DNA of 32,918 nt. Origin: Hormoscilla sp. Lineage in GTDB: Bacteria > Cyanobacteriota > Cyanobacteriia > Cyanobacteriales > Desertifilaceae. The stretch lies in the NCBI GenBank assembly GCA_051439505.1, contig JBFRWI010000130.1:1-32918 (forward strand), written 5' to 3'. A program made the position numbers and the translations under genes. Numbering within the stretch: the first letter of the stretch is position 1; each line of letters begins with the position of its first letter. Shown here in pieces: positions 7,926 through 18,693 of this stretch. The notes under the pieces were generated by a model that saw only the letters and a program-made list of their open reading frames with translations, did not search any database and was not told the DNA's origin.

Positions 7926-9770
7926 ATGAATACCTTTAGTCAAACCATTTGGTTAGTCCCCCTCTACGCCCTCCTGGGTGCAGTGCTGACGGTGCCCTGG
8001 TCGCCGGGTCTGATTCGCCGCTCTGGCCCCCGGCCAGTGGGCTATGTGAATCTGCTGACGACTTTTGCGGGTTTGGTGCATAGCATCTTTGCCTTACGGG
8101 AAGTTTGGTCGGCACCGCTGCATTTTTCAGTCAATTGGCTCCATGCCGCGAATCTAGATATTGCCTTTGATATAGAAGCGTCGGCCACAACAGTGGGTGC
8201 GTTAGTCGTGATCTTGGGCTTGAATGCCCTGACCCAGATCTATGCGATCGGCTATATGGAAATGGACTGGGGTTGGGCGCGGTTCTACGCCCTCCTGGCC
8301 ATCTTTGAAGCCGGGATGAGCGCCCTGATGCTGGCGAATTCGCTCTTTTTCAGCTACGTGATGCTGGAAATCCTGACTTTGGGAACCTACCTGTTGATTG
8401 GTTTTTGGTTTAATCAATCCCTGGTGGTGACGGGGGCCCGGGATGGCTTCCTCACGAAGCGGGTGGGTGACTTGGTGTTGCTGATGGGAGTGGTGGCCCT
8501 TTATCCACTAGCAGGCACCTGGAACTATGACGAACTGACCGCTTGGGCCAATGTGGTAGAACTGGATCCCACAGTTGCCACCCTTCTGGGTTTAGCCCTC
8601 CTGGCGGGCCCCTTGGGTAAATGCGCCCAATTCCCCCTGCAACTCTGGCTGGATGAAGCGATGGAAGGGCCAATGCCTGCCACGGTGCTGCGGAATGCAG
8701 TGGTGGTTTCAACGGGGGCCTGGGTGCTGATTAAGATGCAGCCCATTCTCGCCCTCTCGCCCCTGGTGGCGAATGCGGAAATTTGGGTCGGTGCCTTTAC
8801 TGCCGTCAGTTGTGCCGCGATCGCCCTGGCCCAGGTTGATATTAAGCGGGTCTTTTCCTATGCCACCAGTGTCTATCTGGGTGTAGTGTTCGTCGCTGTG
8901 GGAACGGGACAGGGTGAAGCGGCCTTGATGTTGCTATTGACCTATGCGATCGCTATGGCCTTGATGCTAATGAGCATCGGTGGTATCATCCTCAACAATA
9001 TTACCCAAGATATTACTCAACTGGGGGGGCTCTGGCAACGTCGCCCCATTTCCGGGATCTGCTTTGTAGTCGGGGCCTTGTCCTTAGTGGCAGTGCCGCC
9101 CCTCGGTTGCTTCTGGGGCCTGGCAACAATTGCCAACGGTTTACCCCCCCTGTTGCTGACCCTGTTGTTACTGGTGAATGGGTTAACCGCGTGCAGTGTG
9201 GCCCGGGTCTTCGGTCAACTCTTTACCGGTCCAGCAACGGATTGGACGCGGCGATCGCCCGAAGGTTTGTGGGCCTTGGTCTTACCGATGACAATATTAC
9301 TCGGTTTAGCCCTCCATCTACCGCAGGTGCTGGCTGTCTTGGGTATATTACCGGATATTGCACTGGTGACGCAACCAGCCACCTTATTACTGATGGGTTC
9401 AACTATCATCGGTGGGGGAGTGGGTCTGTTCCTCTATGCTTTGCCCACAGTGCCAAAACCAATTCGTCTACCGGTACCTGCCGTGCAAGATTTCTTCGCC
9501 TACGACTTATACACGGCGCAACTGTACAAAATAACAGTCATTGCCGTAGTAGGATTTGTGGCTAAGGCGATCGATTGGTGCGATCGCATCCTTGTGGATG
9601 GTGCCGTGAATTTTATCGGACTGTTTACGATGGCCAGCGGTCAAAGCCTGAAATACAACACCACTGGACAGGCGCAGTTCTATGCTCTCTCGATCCTGCT
9701 GGGTACGATCCTGTTTGGGTTGGTACTCTGCTATCCCGTTTTATCTGCTTTGAATCTATCCATCTTGTAA
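7926..9770 (+). CDS. ndhF3: NDH-1 CO2-uptake subunit NdhF3
   Basis: NuoL-like membrane protein (GYMEMDWGWARFY, GKCAQFPLQLWLDEAMEGP); first gene of the operon with cupA. ATG 7926 preferred over GTG 7890 because known homologues start just before the TIWLVP segment. Confidence 0.92.
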   Translation: MNTFSQTIWLVPLYALLGAVLTVPWSPGLIRRSGPRPVGYVNLLTTFAGLVHSIFALREVWSAPLHFSVNWLHAANLDIAFDIEASATTVGALVVILGLNALTQIYAIGYMEMDWGWARFYALLAIFEAGMSALMLANSLFFSYVMLEILTLGTYLLIGFWFNQSLVVTGARDGFLTKRVGDLVLLMGVVALYPLAGTWNYDELTAWANVVELDPTVATLLGLALLAGPLGKCAQFPLQLWLDEAMEGPMPATVLRNAVVVSTGAWVLIKMQPILALSPLVANAEIWVGAFTAVSCAAIALAQVDIKRVFSYATSVYLGVVFVAVGTGQGEAALMLLLTYAIAMALMLMSIGGIILNNITQDITQLGGLWQRRPISGICFVVGALSLVAVPPLGCFWGLATIANGLPPLLLTLLLLVNGLTACSVARVFGQLFTGPATDWTRRSPEGLWALVLPMTILLGLALHLPQVLAVLGILPDIALVTQPATLLLMGSTIIGGGVGLFLYALPTVPKPIRLPVPAVQDFFAYDLYTAQLYKITVIAVVGFVAKAIDWCDRILVDGAVNFIGLFTMASGQSLKYNTTGQAQFYALSILLGTILFGLVLCYPVLSALNLSIL

Positions 9771-9844
9771 ATCAAACCCTTTTAACACCATTAACACAGA
9801 ATAAAATTTTGAATTTCAAATTTTGAAGAAAGAATTGACAACCC

Positions 9845-11398
9845 ATGCTAACGCCATTACTTCTGATTCCCCTGCTGGGCGCCATCGCGATCGTGCTTTA
9901 CCCCAAACCCCAAGCCAGTCGCGCGATCGCGACCATCTTCAGCCTAGCTAGCTTTGGGTGGACGGTCTATCTCCTCAGTCAATTTGACCTTAGCCAAGGC
10001 GGATTCCAGTTTACAGAATTCCATAGCTGGGTAGAGCCCATCGGCCTCAACTACAGCCTGGGGGTCGATGGGATATCCCTCCCCCTGTTGGTTTTAAATA
10101 GCCTCCTGACAGTTATCGCCCTCTACACCAGTGGCGATCGCCGCTCCCGATTCCGCTTCCATGATAGCCTCATCCTGCTGATCAATGGCGGGATTGCCGG
10201 TGTACTTATAGCCCAGAACCTGCTCCTGTTCATCATTTTCTATGAGTTGGAACTGATACCGTTCTACTTGATGATTGCCATTTGGGGCGGTGAAAAACGG
10301 GGCTATGCTTCGACAAAATTTCTGCTGTATACTGCTGTTTCCGGGTTACTCGTAATCGCGGGTTTCTTGGGAATTGCCTTCAGCGGTGAATCCCCCACCT
10401 TTGAATTCGGCGCTATCGATCTGCAAAACCTGGATCTAATTCCCCAACTGCTTTTGCTGACTGCCTTACTGATCGGTTTCGGGATTAAAACGCCCCTGGT
10501 GCCCCTGCATACTTGGATGCCAGATACCTACGTGGAAGCCTCCCCGGGAACGACAATCTTACTCGGTGGGATTTTCGCTAAGTTGGGCACCTACGGTATT
10601 TTACGCTTTGGGTTACAACTGTTCCCCGTCACTTGGCAACTGGTTGCACCTGGTTTAGCCATTATCGGCACGGTGAGTGTCATCTACGGCGCGATGAATG
10701 CGATCGCCCAACGGGACATTAAACGGATGGTGGCCTACAGTTCCATCGGTCACATGGGCTATATTCTCGTGGCCGCAGCGGCGGGAACGGAGTTGAGCGT
10801 GCTGGGTGCGATCGCCCAAATGATTACTCACGGTTTAATCCTGGCCCTGCTATTCTTCTTGGTAGGAACTGTAGAACTTACCACCGGAACCCGGGATCTA
10901 GATATTCTCAACGGGTTAATGAATCCAATTCGCGGCCTGCCCCTCACCAGTGCCTTGCTAATTCTTGCAGGCATGGCCAGCGCGGGAATCCCGGGACTGG
11001 TTGGGTTTGCGGCAGAATTCATCGTTTTCCAAGGCAGTTTCGCCACCTTCCCCATCCCCACCCTCCTCTGTATCCTCTCCTCCGGGTTAACAGCAGTGTA
11101 TTTTGTCATCCTCATTAACCGTACTTGTTTCGGCAGGCTGGACAATGCCCGCGCCTACTACACCCGCGTCACCCTTAACGAACAATGGCCCGCCTTAGTG
11201 ATGACTGCAATCATCCTCTTTTTAGGGGTGCAACCCAACTGGTTGCTGCGCTGGATGGAACCTACTGCTACCAGCCTCGTAGCTGAATTGCATGCTCCGG
11301 CGATCGTTCAAATGTCTCACTTCGCTGTTAGCCCGCCGGGGGTTCAAACCCCCTACGTTCCCAGGCGGGAGCCAGGGAACGAGGCTAAAGTCGGTTAA
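9845..11398 (+). CDS. ndhD3: NDH-1 CO2-uptake subunit NdhD3
   Basis: NuoM-like (FYELELIPFYLMIAIWGG, PLVPLHTW, KRMVAYSSIGHMG, LMNPIRGLP); lies between ndhF3 and cupA. Confidence 0.92.
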   Translation: MLTPLLLIPLLGAIAIVLYPKPQASRAIATIFSLASFGWTVYLLSQFDLSQGGFQFTEFHSWVEPIGLNYSLGVDGISLPLLVLNSLLTVIALYTSGDRRSRFRFHDSLILLINGGIAGVLIAQNLLLFIIFYELELIPFYLMIAIWGGEKRGYASTKFLLYTAVSGLLVIAGFLGIAFSGESPTFEFGAIDLQNLDLIPQLLLLTALLIGFGIKTPLVPLHTWMPDTYVEASPGTTILLGGIFAKLGTYGILRFGLQLFPVTWQLVAPGLAIIGTVSVIYGAMNAIAQRDIKRMVAYSSIGHMGYILVAAAAGTELSVLGAIAQMITHGLILALLFFLVGTVELTTGTRDLDILNGLMNPIRGLPLTSALLILAGMASAGIPGLVGFAAEFIVFQGSFATFPIPTLLCILSSGLTAVYFVILINRTCFGRLDNARAYYTRVTLNEQWPALVMTAIILFLGVQPNWLLRWMEPTATSLVAELHAPAIVQMSHFAVSPPGVQTPYVPRREPGNEAKVG

Positions 11399-11475
11399 AA
11401 TTAAAACCGACTAAGAAGATTGTTTTGAAAAAATGCTATTAGACAACTTGATGCCCCCCTACTCCCAACTTCAAT

Positions 11476-12780
11476 ATGATGTCTGCAACTCTTGATTCGG
11501 CAACCACGCAACTCCCCCCCTCCACTCACAAATACGCCGAGGTAATCCATCGCCTGGAAGCAGGCGGTTCCATGTTACCAGATACGCCAGAAAACTTAAT
11601 GCAAATCATCGGCATTTACAAAGCCTATGCCGTGCCGATGGATTTCTACTGGCGCGATCTGCTCTACATTGCCGAGCGGGTTTTTCTCAATCCTTTACCC
11701 TTCTTTAAATACTTTCTGCCCCAGGAGTATTTAGATCTCCCCAACCATTATGCAGGGGATACTGCAGATTATCGCGTGTGGCAAAAAGGAAAAGCTAGCG
11801 CCCACCCGGAATTACTGGAATTTATGGAAAAGGGAGAGTTACAGAAAAAACTCCCCAAATTGTTTCATCACCTCTGGCACGATCGCATCAACATGGAATT
11901 TGCCGAAGCCTGCATGCGGGCCATGCTCTGGCATCAGGGCATGGGCGGCCAATTCAACGACTACCTGGAAAGCGAAGAATACATCGCTAACGCCGATCGG
12001 GCCATCAAAGCCTATTTCAAATTCAACCCGTTGATGCTGGGACTGTATAAACTATTCCCGGAGATGTTCTATGAAAAGGTCCGGGAACTCTCCTACTATG
12101 CCAACTTGGGGCTGTTTTGGGAAGTGATGGCTCCGGTATTTTTTGAAATGAGCGATCTCTACGATGCCGGGGAATTTAAGACGGTCCCGGATGCCATGAA
12201 TTTTCTAGTCAACGGCATTTTTATCGCCGCAGGACGACCTATCTATCACCATGTTTACATTCGAGGTGAATGTTACGAAATTATCCCCAAATCTAAGGGC
12301 TTTATGTGGCTCTACGAAGCAGCATTACCCTACGTTGAAGCCGTGTTTTATCGGACTGCCCCCTTCCGGGGCACGAAATCCTACAACGCCCAAGCCAAAC
12401 AAGTTCCCGCCGAACAAAAAGATTTCCACTACGGTATTCTCTACGCGGATGTTTTCCCCGTCGGCACCGCTGGCATTCCTCCCACACTGTTAATGCAAGA
12501 TATGCTGCACTTTTTGCCCCCCTATTTAGAGGAATATTACCAACAGTATTGTCGGGGGGAAGATGATATGTTGATCCAGTTGGGCATTACCTTCCAGCGA
12601 TCGATGTATAACGTGACCTCCGCCGTGCTTCAAGCATTGCGGACGGCACTGCTTTATCCCTTAGACGATCCCAACCCGGAACATCGGCTAAAAAATCGCC
12701 AATTTTTTGAAGCCCAACTCGATCGCTTTCTCCGTTCTGAAGCACGGCTTGGTGATATTCAACGCCAAGACTATCGTTAA
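11476..12780 (+). CDS. cupA: CO2 hydration protein CupA (ChpY)
   Basis: 434 aa with IHRLEAGGSMLPDTPENLMQIIGIYKAYA and GIPPTLLMQDM. Length and the downstream fasciclin gene indicate CupA rather than CupB. Confidence 0.93.
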   Translation: MMSATLDSATTQLPPSTHKYAEVIHRLEAGGSMLPDTPENLMQIIGIYKAYAVPMDFYWRDLLYIAERVFLNPLPFFKYFLPQEYLDLPNHYAGDTADYRVWQKGKASAHPELLEFMEKGELQKKLPKLFHHLWHDRINMEFAEACMRAMLWHQGMGGQFNDYLESEEYIANADRAIKAYFKFNPLMLGLYKLFPEMFYEKVRELSYYANLGLFWEVMAPVFFEMSDLYDAGEFKTVPDAMNFLVNGIFIAAGRPIYHHVYIRGECYEIIPKSKGFMWLYEAALPYVEAVFYRTAPFRGTKSYNAQAKQVPAEQKDFHYGILYADVFPVGTAGIPPTLLMQDMLHFLPPYLEEYYQQYCRGEDDMLIQLGITFQRSMYNVTSAVLQALRTALLYPLDDPNPEHRLKNRQFFEAQLDRFLRSEARLGDIQRQDYR

Positions 12781-12781
12781 T

Positions 12782-12862
12782 CGGGTGCATCTCTATGCAA
12801 GTAATCTAGCCCGCGTAGGCGGGCTTTGTTCATGTAGCCGGACCCTTTAGGGTTCGGGCGGC
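12782..12862. repeat. Small dispersed palindromic repeat between cupA and cupS
   Basis: agcccgcgtaggcgggct...gtagccggaccctttagggttcgggc; its reverse complement matches the interior of the MITE at 3220-3364. Confidence 0.75.
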
Positions 12863-12906
12863 TTATCATTTTCTGTGGTCAAGATAAATAAATTCAGGTG
12901 GAGGCT

Positions 12907-13308
12907 ATGCCCAATATTGTAGAAATTGCTGTCAATAATGATGCGTTTCAAACATTGGTAACGGCGGTGAAAGTGGCAGGATTAGTGGAAGCATTACAGC
13001 AGCCAGGGCCATTCACCGTTTTTGCTCCCAATGATGATGCCTTTGGGAAGTTATTACCCGGAACAGTGGATACATTAGTGCAGAATGTGCCCCAACTCCA
13101 GCGCATTTTAACATATCACGTTGTCGCGGGTCGTTATACAACCGCAGAATTGCAGGATGTAGGGATGTTAACATCCCTGGAAGGTTCGCCAATACCGATT
13201 CGCTGTGGCGAACCCTTTGAAGTGAAAAATGCCACAGTGGTGGCTGCCGATATTGAGGCGAGTAATGGCATAATTCATGTAATCGATACGGTGATTTTGA
13301 TGGGCTAG
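12907..13308 (+). CDS. cupS: Fasciclin-domain protein CupS
   Basis: FAS1 motifs [33 protein letters not shown] precedes ATG 12907. Directly follows cupA. Confidence 0.9.
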   Translation: MPNIVEIAVNNDAFQTLVTAVKVAGLVEALQQPGPFTVFAPNDDAFGKLLPGTVDTLVQNVPQLQRILTYHVVAGRYTTAELQDVGMLTSLEGSPIPIRCGEPFEVKNATVVAADIEASNGIIHVIDTVILMG

Positions 13309-13419
13309 TGCCGCTGCGCGGAATTCAAAATTCTTGCATGAGCGCAATTCTCTATGCTTTGGGAGAAAGGCTTTGAGCCACTATCCATCTGGTGCAGTAT
13401 TTCCCCAGCGCGGCACTAG
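13305..13419. mobile_element. 115-bp MITE-like element with ctagtgccgc/gcggcactag ends
   Basis: Perfect 10-bp terminal inverted repeat. The cupS TAG stop lies in its left end. Followed by a gaaaccgagttt...aaactcggtttc palindrome (~13429-13494). Confidence 0.65.
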
Positions 13420-13518
13420 AACGTCGCTGAAACCGAGTTTCTTTGGTCTGGGTTCCTAGATCTCGTCGATCGCGGCACCAAAAACTCGGTTTCTAGCTTC
13501 CAATGATGAGTGAAGAAG

Positions 13519-14100
13519 TCACTCTGGCGCCTTGATACTTTCGGGATACAAATATTCCGTAGTTTCTTCTTCAATAGCTGGACGCAGGGTCTGAACCACA
13601 AAGGGTAGATCGGCGCCCTCCAGGCCGCGTTTAATTCGTTCCGGTGTTTCTGCGAACACCACAAACAAAGGAAATATCTCCTCAGACCCGTCACCGAAAA
13701 TATGTTTATAGCGAGGAGGCATCAACCACTCATAGCCCCGATCCAACCATACCTGGGTATGACGCCAGCGACCTAATAGGTCGGAAAAATCTTCATCAGG
13801 ACGATGAATAAACACAAAAATCTCCGTCCCCGTTTTAATTTTCCACTCCGGATCGCACATCAAAATTCCCACCTCGCACGGCAGACATGTCAACCCCAGA
13901 GGAGTCTGATTAGATCCTTGATGGTCGCCAGGGCGGATGCGCACCACGGGCATCGGAATTGTAATTACGCTTTCGTCCGAGCGGCGCATACTGGGAATCA
14001 TTTCCAAGTATGGTCGGTACTGCTTCAAGAGTTCGATCGTCGCTTCCGTGTTACTATATTCTGCCAGTAACGCTTCGTAATGAATTTTTTTTACCGCCAT
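13519..14100 (-). CDS. Conserved hypothetical cyanobacterial protein downstream of pilC
   Basis: 193-aa ORF co-oriented with the pil genes; normal protein composition (YEALLAEYSN, LMCDPEWKIKTG). Confidence 0.8.
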   Translation of the reverse strand: MAVKKIHYEALLAEYSNTEATIELLKQYRPYLEMIPSMRRSDESVITIPMPVVRIRPGDHQGSNQTPLGLTCLPCEVGILMCDPEWKIKTGTEIFVFIHRPDEDFSDLLGRWRHTQVWLDRGYEWLMPPRYKHIFGDGSEEIFPLFVVFAETPERIKRGLEGADLPFVVQTLRPAIEEETTEYLYPESIKAPE

Positions 14101-14140
14101 TTTTCTGACTTAGCTCCGATAATCCTACTTGCTTCATAGT

Positions 14141-14208
14141 GAATTGAGCAATTGAGAATTGACTATTAAACAATTGCTCAATTCTCAATTAACAATTGCT
14201 CAATTCTC
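14141..14208. repeat. Heptamer (STRR-like) inverted cluster aattgag/ctcaatt
   Basis: gaattgagcaattgagaattg ... caattgctcaattctcaatt. Confidence 0.7.
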
Positions 14209-14213
14209 CACTT

Positions 14214-15449
14214 TTACAGTGATTCAAACACCTTAAACATGGGCAGATACATCGACAGCAAAATCGAACCTACCATTCCACCAATCACCACAATCATCAC
14301 TGGTTCCAGCATACTGGTAAGTCCTTTGACAGCTTGTTCAACTTCATCCTCATAGAAGTCAGCCACTTTCATCAGCATTTGGTCTATCTGCCCCGTTTCC
14401 TCACCAATCTTCATCATCGCGATCGCCAGGGCTGGAAATATTTTATCTCTTTCCAAAGCTATACTGATCATACCCCCACCCTGAATTTCATTGCGGGCCG
14501 ATTCCACCGAATTTGATATTGCCTGATTCCCCGCCGTATCACGGACAATTTCCAAAGAAGTTAGGATTGGCACTCCCGCGCGAGATAACGTCCCAAAGGT
14601 GCGGCAAAAACGGGCCGTCGCTGTTTTCGATATCAGTTCTCCAAACAATGGTAGCTTCAGGAATATTTTATCCATCATCAACCTCCCAGGCGGAGTTTTG
14701 TACCATTGATCGTAAATTACTTTGAAAACAACTAGGGCTATCACTACTGGGACTGATTTTTTCGGACTTACCAGAAAGTCACTAATCTGCAGCATGAACA
14801 CCGTGAACGCTGGCAGTTCTACGCCAATGTCTGCAAAAATACCCGAAAAGGTAGGCAGCAGAAAAACACACAGTGCCACAAAGATTATCACTGCCAACGA
14901 GCCTACCGTAGTTGGGTAGGACATAGCTGACTTCATCTCGTTGTCCAACCTTGCCGCATCTTCTAGCAACTTTGCCAGACGGTTGAGCACCTCATCTAGT
15001 ACCCCCCCTACTTCCCCTGCCGAGACCATCGCCACGTATAGATCGCTAAAGCAAGTCGGATGTTTGCCCATTGCCTCCGAGAGATTTGTACCCTCTTGCA
15101 CCTCGCCCGAAATTTTCTTCAGAGCATGTTTCAGCTTAGGATTTTCACATTCTTCTGTTAACACCCCCAGGCATCTAACCATCCCCACCCCCGCATTTAC
15201 CATCGCCGCAAATTGACGCGAAAATACAGCTACATCCTTAACTGTGACAGTAGCTGTCGCAACGGTAAATGCTTCATTTAGTTCGTCTAAGTCAATGTCG
15301 CTCAGGTTGAAGCCTGCTTTCTTGATGTCCTGCACCGACAGACCCTTATTGATCAGAACTGTTCTTGCCGCCTGAATATTGTCTGCCGTTACCTGTTCTG
15401 TTTTTGACTGTCCAGTTGCATCCCTAATTTTAGCTTTATACTTTGGCAT
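14214..15449 (-). CDS. pilC: Type IV pilus platform protein PilC (T2SS F family)
   Basis: FSRQFAAMVNAGV, AGEVGGVLDEVLNRLA, IGEETG, LEP motifs; in pilB-pilT-pilC order. Confidence 0.95.
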   Translation of the reverse strand: MPKYKAKIRDATGQSKTEQVTADNIQAARTVLINKGLSVQDIKKAGFNLSDIDLDELNEAFTVATATVTVKDVAVFSRQFAAMVNAGVGMVRCLGVLTEECENPKLKHALKKISGEVQEGTNLSEAMGKHPTCFSDLYVAMVSAGEVGGVLDEVLNRLAKLLEDAARLDNEMKSAMSYPTTVGSLAVIIFVALCVFLLPTFSGIFADIGVELPAFTVFMLQISDFLVSPKKSVPVVIALVVFKVIYDQWYKTPPGRLMMDKIFLKLPLFGELISKTATARFCRTFGTLSRAGVPILTSLEIVRDTAGNQAISNSVESARNEIQGGGMISIALERDKIFPALAIAMMKIGEETGQIDQMLMKVADFYEDEVEQAVKGLTSMLEPVMIVVIGGMVGSILLSMYLPMFKVFESL

Positions 15450-15566
15450 GGCTATTCTTTGTTATTTTGTTAGTTGCGTAGGACTTGTCCCGCCTGTCCG
15501 GAGGTGGTCAGTTGTTAGTTGACCACAGACAACTAACAACTGTCATCCCTTTCTAGCCCGCGCTAG

Positions 15567-16655
15567 CTACTTTTTGGCCCCTGCTTTTGCCCCTGGTGTA
15601 ATAAGACGCTCTAGCTCATCTATTTTATTGCACTTGCCGATCGCGTCTTCATAGGTTACCTTGTTTTCCTGTACCAGTCTTGCTAAAGCCATTTCCATCG
15701 TCTGCATGCCCATCTTTGCTCCGGTTTGGATGGCCGAGTAAATTTGAGTAGTTTTACCTTCACGAATCAAGTTCCCGATCGCCGGAGTATTCACCATAAT
15801 TTCCTGAGCTGCACACCGACCGCCGCCGATTTTCTTGACCAGGTTCTGACTACAGACCCCTACCATAGAACTTGACATTTGGGCCCTGATTTGGGGTTGT
15901 TGAATCGGTGGGAACACATCCAGCAAGCGGTCGATCGTCCCTGCTGCATTGTTTGTGTGCATCGTGCCAAATACCAAGTGACCCGTTTCTGCTGCCGACA
16001 CCGCCAGAGAGATCGTCTCCAAGTCGCGCATTTCTCCCACTAGGATTATATCCGGGTCTTCCCGCAGGGCTGCCTTCAGGGCATTACTAAAGCTCTTCGT
16101 ATCTTCCCCCCTTTGCCGTTGGTGAAACAGGCTTTTAATGTTAGGGAAAACATATTCGATCGGGTCTTCCACCGTGAGGACATGCTCCGATCGAGTGCGG
16201 TTGATCAGATCCAGGACCGCCGCCATGGTCGTCGTCTTCCCAGAACCCGTCTGACCAGTAATCAACACCATCCCGCGAGGTCGTTCTGAGAGTTCCCGCA
16301 TGATCTCTGGCACTCCCAGCTTCTCGAAATTAGGAATTTTCGACGCCAAGGCCCGCAAGCACGCCGCAAAGCAACCACGTTCCCGGTATACATTTACCCG
16401 GAAGCGAGACAATCCTTTTACCCCATAAGCACAGTCTAGCTCCCAGTTTTGCTCCAGATCCTTCCGCTGGTTGTTATTGAGCATACTGAATATCAGCCGC
16501 TGACAATCTTGAGCATTAAATTCTTCGCCAAATTGGGGCTGAGGAGTCAATTTCCCACTGATCCGGAAGTAGATCGGCGCACCTGCCTGGATATGCATGT
16601 CCGACCCACCCTGCTCGATCAGAGACTCCATTACGTCTTCGATCATTAAATCCAT
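15567..16655 (-). CDS. pilT: Type IV pilus retraction ATPase PilT
   Basis: Walker A GQTGSGKTT, EDPIE, ALREDPDIILVGEMRD, AIGNLIRE, GMQT. Confidence 0.96.
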   Translation of the reverse strand: MDLMIEDVMESLIEQGGSDMHIQAGAPIYFRISGKLTPQPQFGEEFNAQDCQRLIFSMLNNNQRKDLEQNWELDCAYGVKGLSRFRVNVYRERGCFAACLRALASKIPNFEKLGVPEIMRELSERPRGMVLITGQTGSGKTTTMAAVLDLINRTRSEHVLTVEDPIEYVFPNIKSLFHQRQRGEDTKSFSNALKAALREDPDIILVGEMRDLETISLAVSAAETGHLVFGTMHTNNAAGTIDRLLDVFPPIQQPQIRAQMSSSMVGVCSQNLVKKIGGGRCAAQEIMVNTPAIGNLIREGKTTQIYSAIQTGAKMGMQTMEMALARLVQENKVTYEDAIGKCNKIDELERLITPGAKAGAKK

Positions 16656-16689
16656 AGCCCTGTCTCCTTATCTAGTCACATCAAAACTG

Positions 16690-18693
16690 TTAATCTGTAA
16701 AGCGAGGTGTCATGCAGTATGGACATTCTAGCCACTCCTGCTGGAGTCCCGCACCGCAAGTTTTACAGGTCAGACCTACCTTCCGTTTGGCTTTCAGTTC
16801 TGCTTCCAGACCCGTATCCGTATAGGTCACGCGCTCCACTTCTTCCAAAGTGGTCGAACCTTCCCGTACCAGGTTTAAGCTATAGGCCAGCAATGTGACC
16901 ATTCCCTCTTCGACCGCTGCTTCCTTAATTCGCTCCGTGGGGGCCCCTGAATTGATCAGCACTTGGAGGTTTTCTGTCACTTGCAGTAATTCATAGACCC
17001 CGCAACGACCCTTGTAGCCCACCCCACTACATTTGGGGCAGAGTTCGCCTTTTTCTTTCAGTTCCGCCCGGTCTTCAAGGGGTATGGTGTTGGCTTTATA
17101 GAAGGTGACTCCGGCTTCTTTGGATGCTGACATGCCGTAGCGGGCCAGTTCTTCAGGCGTGGGGGTATAGGCAATGCGGCATTCGCTACAAACCCGCCGC
17201 ATCAAGCGTTGGGCCACCACACCCAGCAATGCCCCGGAGACCATGAATGGTTCTACCCCCATTTCGTCCAAGCGGGCGATCGCCCCAGCAGCGTCATTCG
17301 TGTGTAGAGTCGTCAGCACCAAGTGTCCCGTCAACGCCGCCTCAATTGCCGTTTTTGCCGTTTCCTTATCCCGCGTCTCACCCACCAGAATTATATCCGG
17401 GTCTTGCCGCAGGAACGCCCGCAGAATCGAGGAAAAGTCCATATTTTTTTCCCGAATCACCTGCACCTGATTAATCCCGGGTAACGCATACTCGATCGGG
17501 TCTTCGGCAGTGCTGATATTCACCCCCGGATCGTTTCTTTCTGCCAAGACCGAATACAGGGTTGTAGACTTACCCGAACCCGTTGGTCCCGTCACCAAAA
17601 TCAGTCCAAAGGGACGCGACGACATTTCCCGGACTTGACTGAGGGTCTCTTGACTTGTGATTAACTTATCCAACCCCAGCTGGGTTGACGAGTTATCCAA
17701 GATCCGCAGCACGATCTTCTCCCCGTAGCGTGCTGGCAGAGTATTCACCCGGAAGTCCACCTTGCGTCCTTGGAATATCCTGCGGATACGACCATCCTGG
17801 GGTTTCCGTCGTTCAGCGATATCCAAATTCGAGATAATTTTGAAGCGAGAGGTCAGGGCGTTGACAATTGACTTCGGGAATCTCGGAAAAGGCTCTTGCA
17901 GCACCCCATCCTTGCGGAAGCGCACCCGCAAATCTTCTTCCTGAGGTTCCACATGGATATCCGACACCCCCTCTGTCAGTGCCTTGGCCAATATTGTATT
18001 CACCCATTTTATTACTGGGGCACTTTCGGCATCTTTTAATTGCTTACCCAGGTCATCCTCTGCCGATTCATCGTCCACCTCCTCCATATTGTTGTCGAGA
18101 TGGGTTAGATCTATCTCTAGGTCAAGTTTTTCATCGATTTTCTTTGGCTTCTGCTGTTTTTGGACTTCTTCGTCCAGATACTTGGAAATAGTTTGCTGGT
18201 AATCTTCTTGGGTAATCACCATCCGCTGCATTTCCAAACCTTGGGGGCGCAGTACCCGCTTCAGGTCGTCCAGCGCTGTCAGATTATCTGGATCCACCAT
18301 TGCCACCAATACAGAAGGCGGATTAGCTTTTTTCGACAGTGGCACCAATTGATAGCGACGACATATATCTATCGGGATGAGGGTGTCAATCAGTTCGTTT
18401 ACCTGGGTCGTGTCTATCTTAGATATTTCCGGATCTAGAGAATCTACCCCATATAATATCTTCAGTTCAAACAGCTGTTGTTTCTTGTACTGGCGAATTA
18501 AATCTGGGGGCAGTTGCTTACCTGTCAGGCTTTCTAGCACCTGCGTCAGTGGCTTCCTTGACTTGCGGCTTTCTATTAAAGCCTGCTGCATCTGGTCACT
18601 ATTGACATACCCTGACCTGACCACTTTGTTGCCAAAGGGAGAAAGGTTATTTTGTACAATAAGCGCACGCCGCGCTGTTGAAGATTTCGTCAT
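16690..18693 (-). CDS. pilB: Type IV pilus assembly ATPase PilB with C-terminal Cys4 zinc-ribbon extension
   Basis: GPTGSGKSTT, LRQDPDIILVGETRD, tetracysteine motif, C-terminal CKTC...CPYC typical of cyanobacterial PilB1. Confidence 0.96.
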   Translation of the reverse strand: MTKSSTARRALIVQNNLSPFGNKVVRSGYVNSDQMQQALIESRKSRKPLTQVLESLTGKQLPPDLIRQYKKQQLFELKILYGVDSLDPEISKIDTTQVNELIDTLIPIDICRRYQLVPLSKKANPPSVLVAMVDPDNLTALDDLKRVLRPQGLEMQRMVITQEDYQQTISKYLDEEVQKQQKPKKIDEKLDLEIDLTHLDNNMEEVDDESAEDDLGKQLKDAESAPVIKWVNTILAKALTEGVSDIHVEPQEEDLRVRFRKDGVLQEPFPRFPKSIVNALTSRFKIISNLDIAERRKPQDGRIRRIFQGRKVDFRVNTLPARYGEKIVLRILDNSSTQLGLDKLITSQETLSQVREMSSRPFGLILVTGPTGSGKSTTLYSVLAERNDPGVNISTAEDPIEYALPGINQVQVIREKNMDFSSILRAFLRQDPDIILVGETRDKETAKTAIEAALTGHLVLTTLHTNDAAGAIARLDEMGVEPFMVSGALLGVVAQRLMRRVCSECRIAYTPTPEELARYGMSASKEAGVTFYKANTIPLEDRAELKEKGELCPKCSGVGYKGRCGVYELLQVTENLQVLINSGAPTERIKEAAVEEGMVTLLAYSLNLVREGSTTLEEVERVTYTDTGLEAELKAKRKVGLTCKTCGAGLQQEWLECPYCMTPRFTD

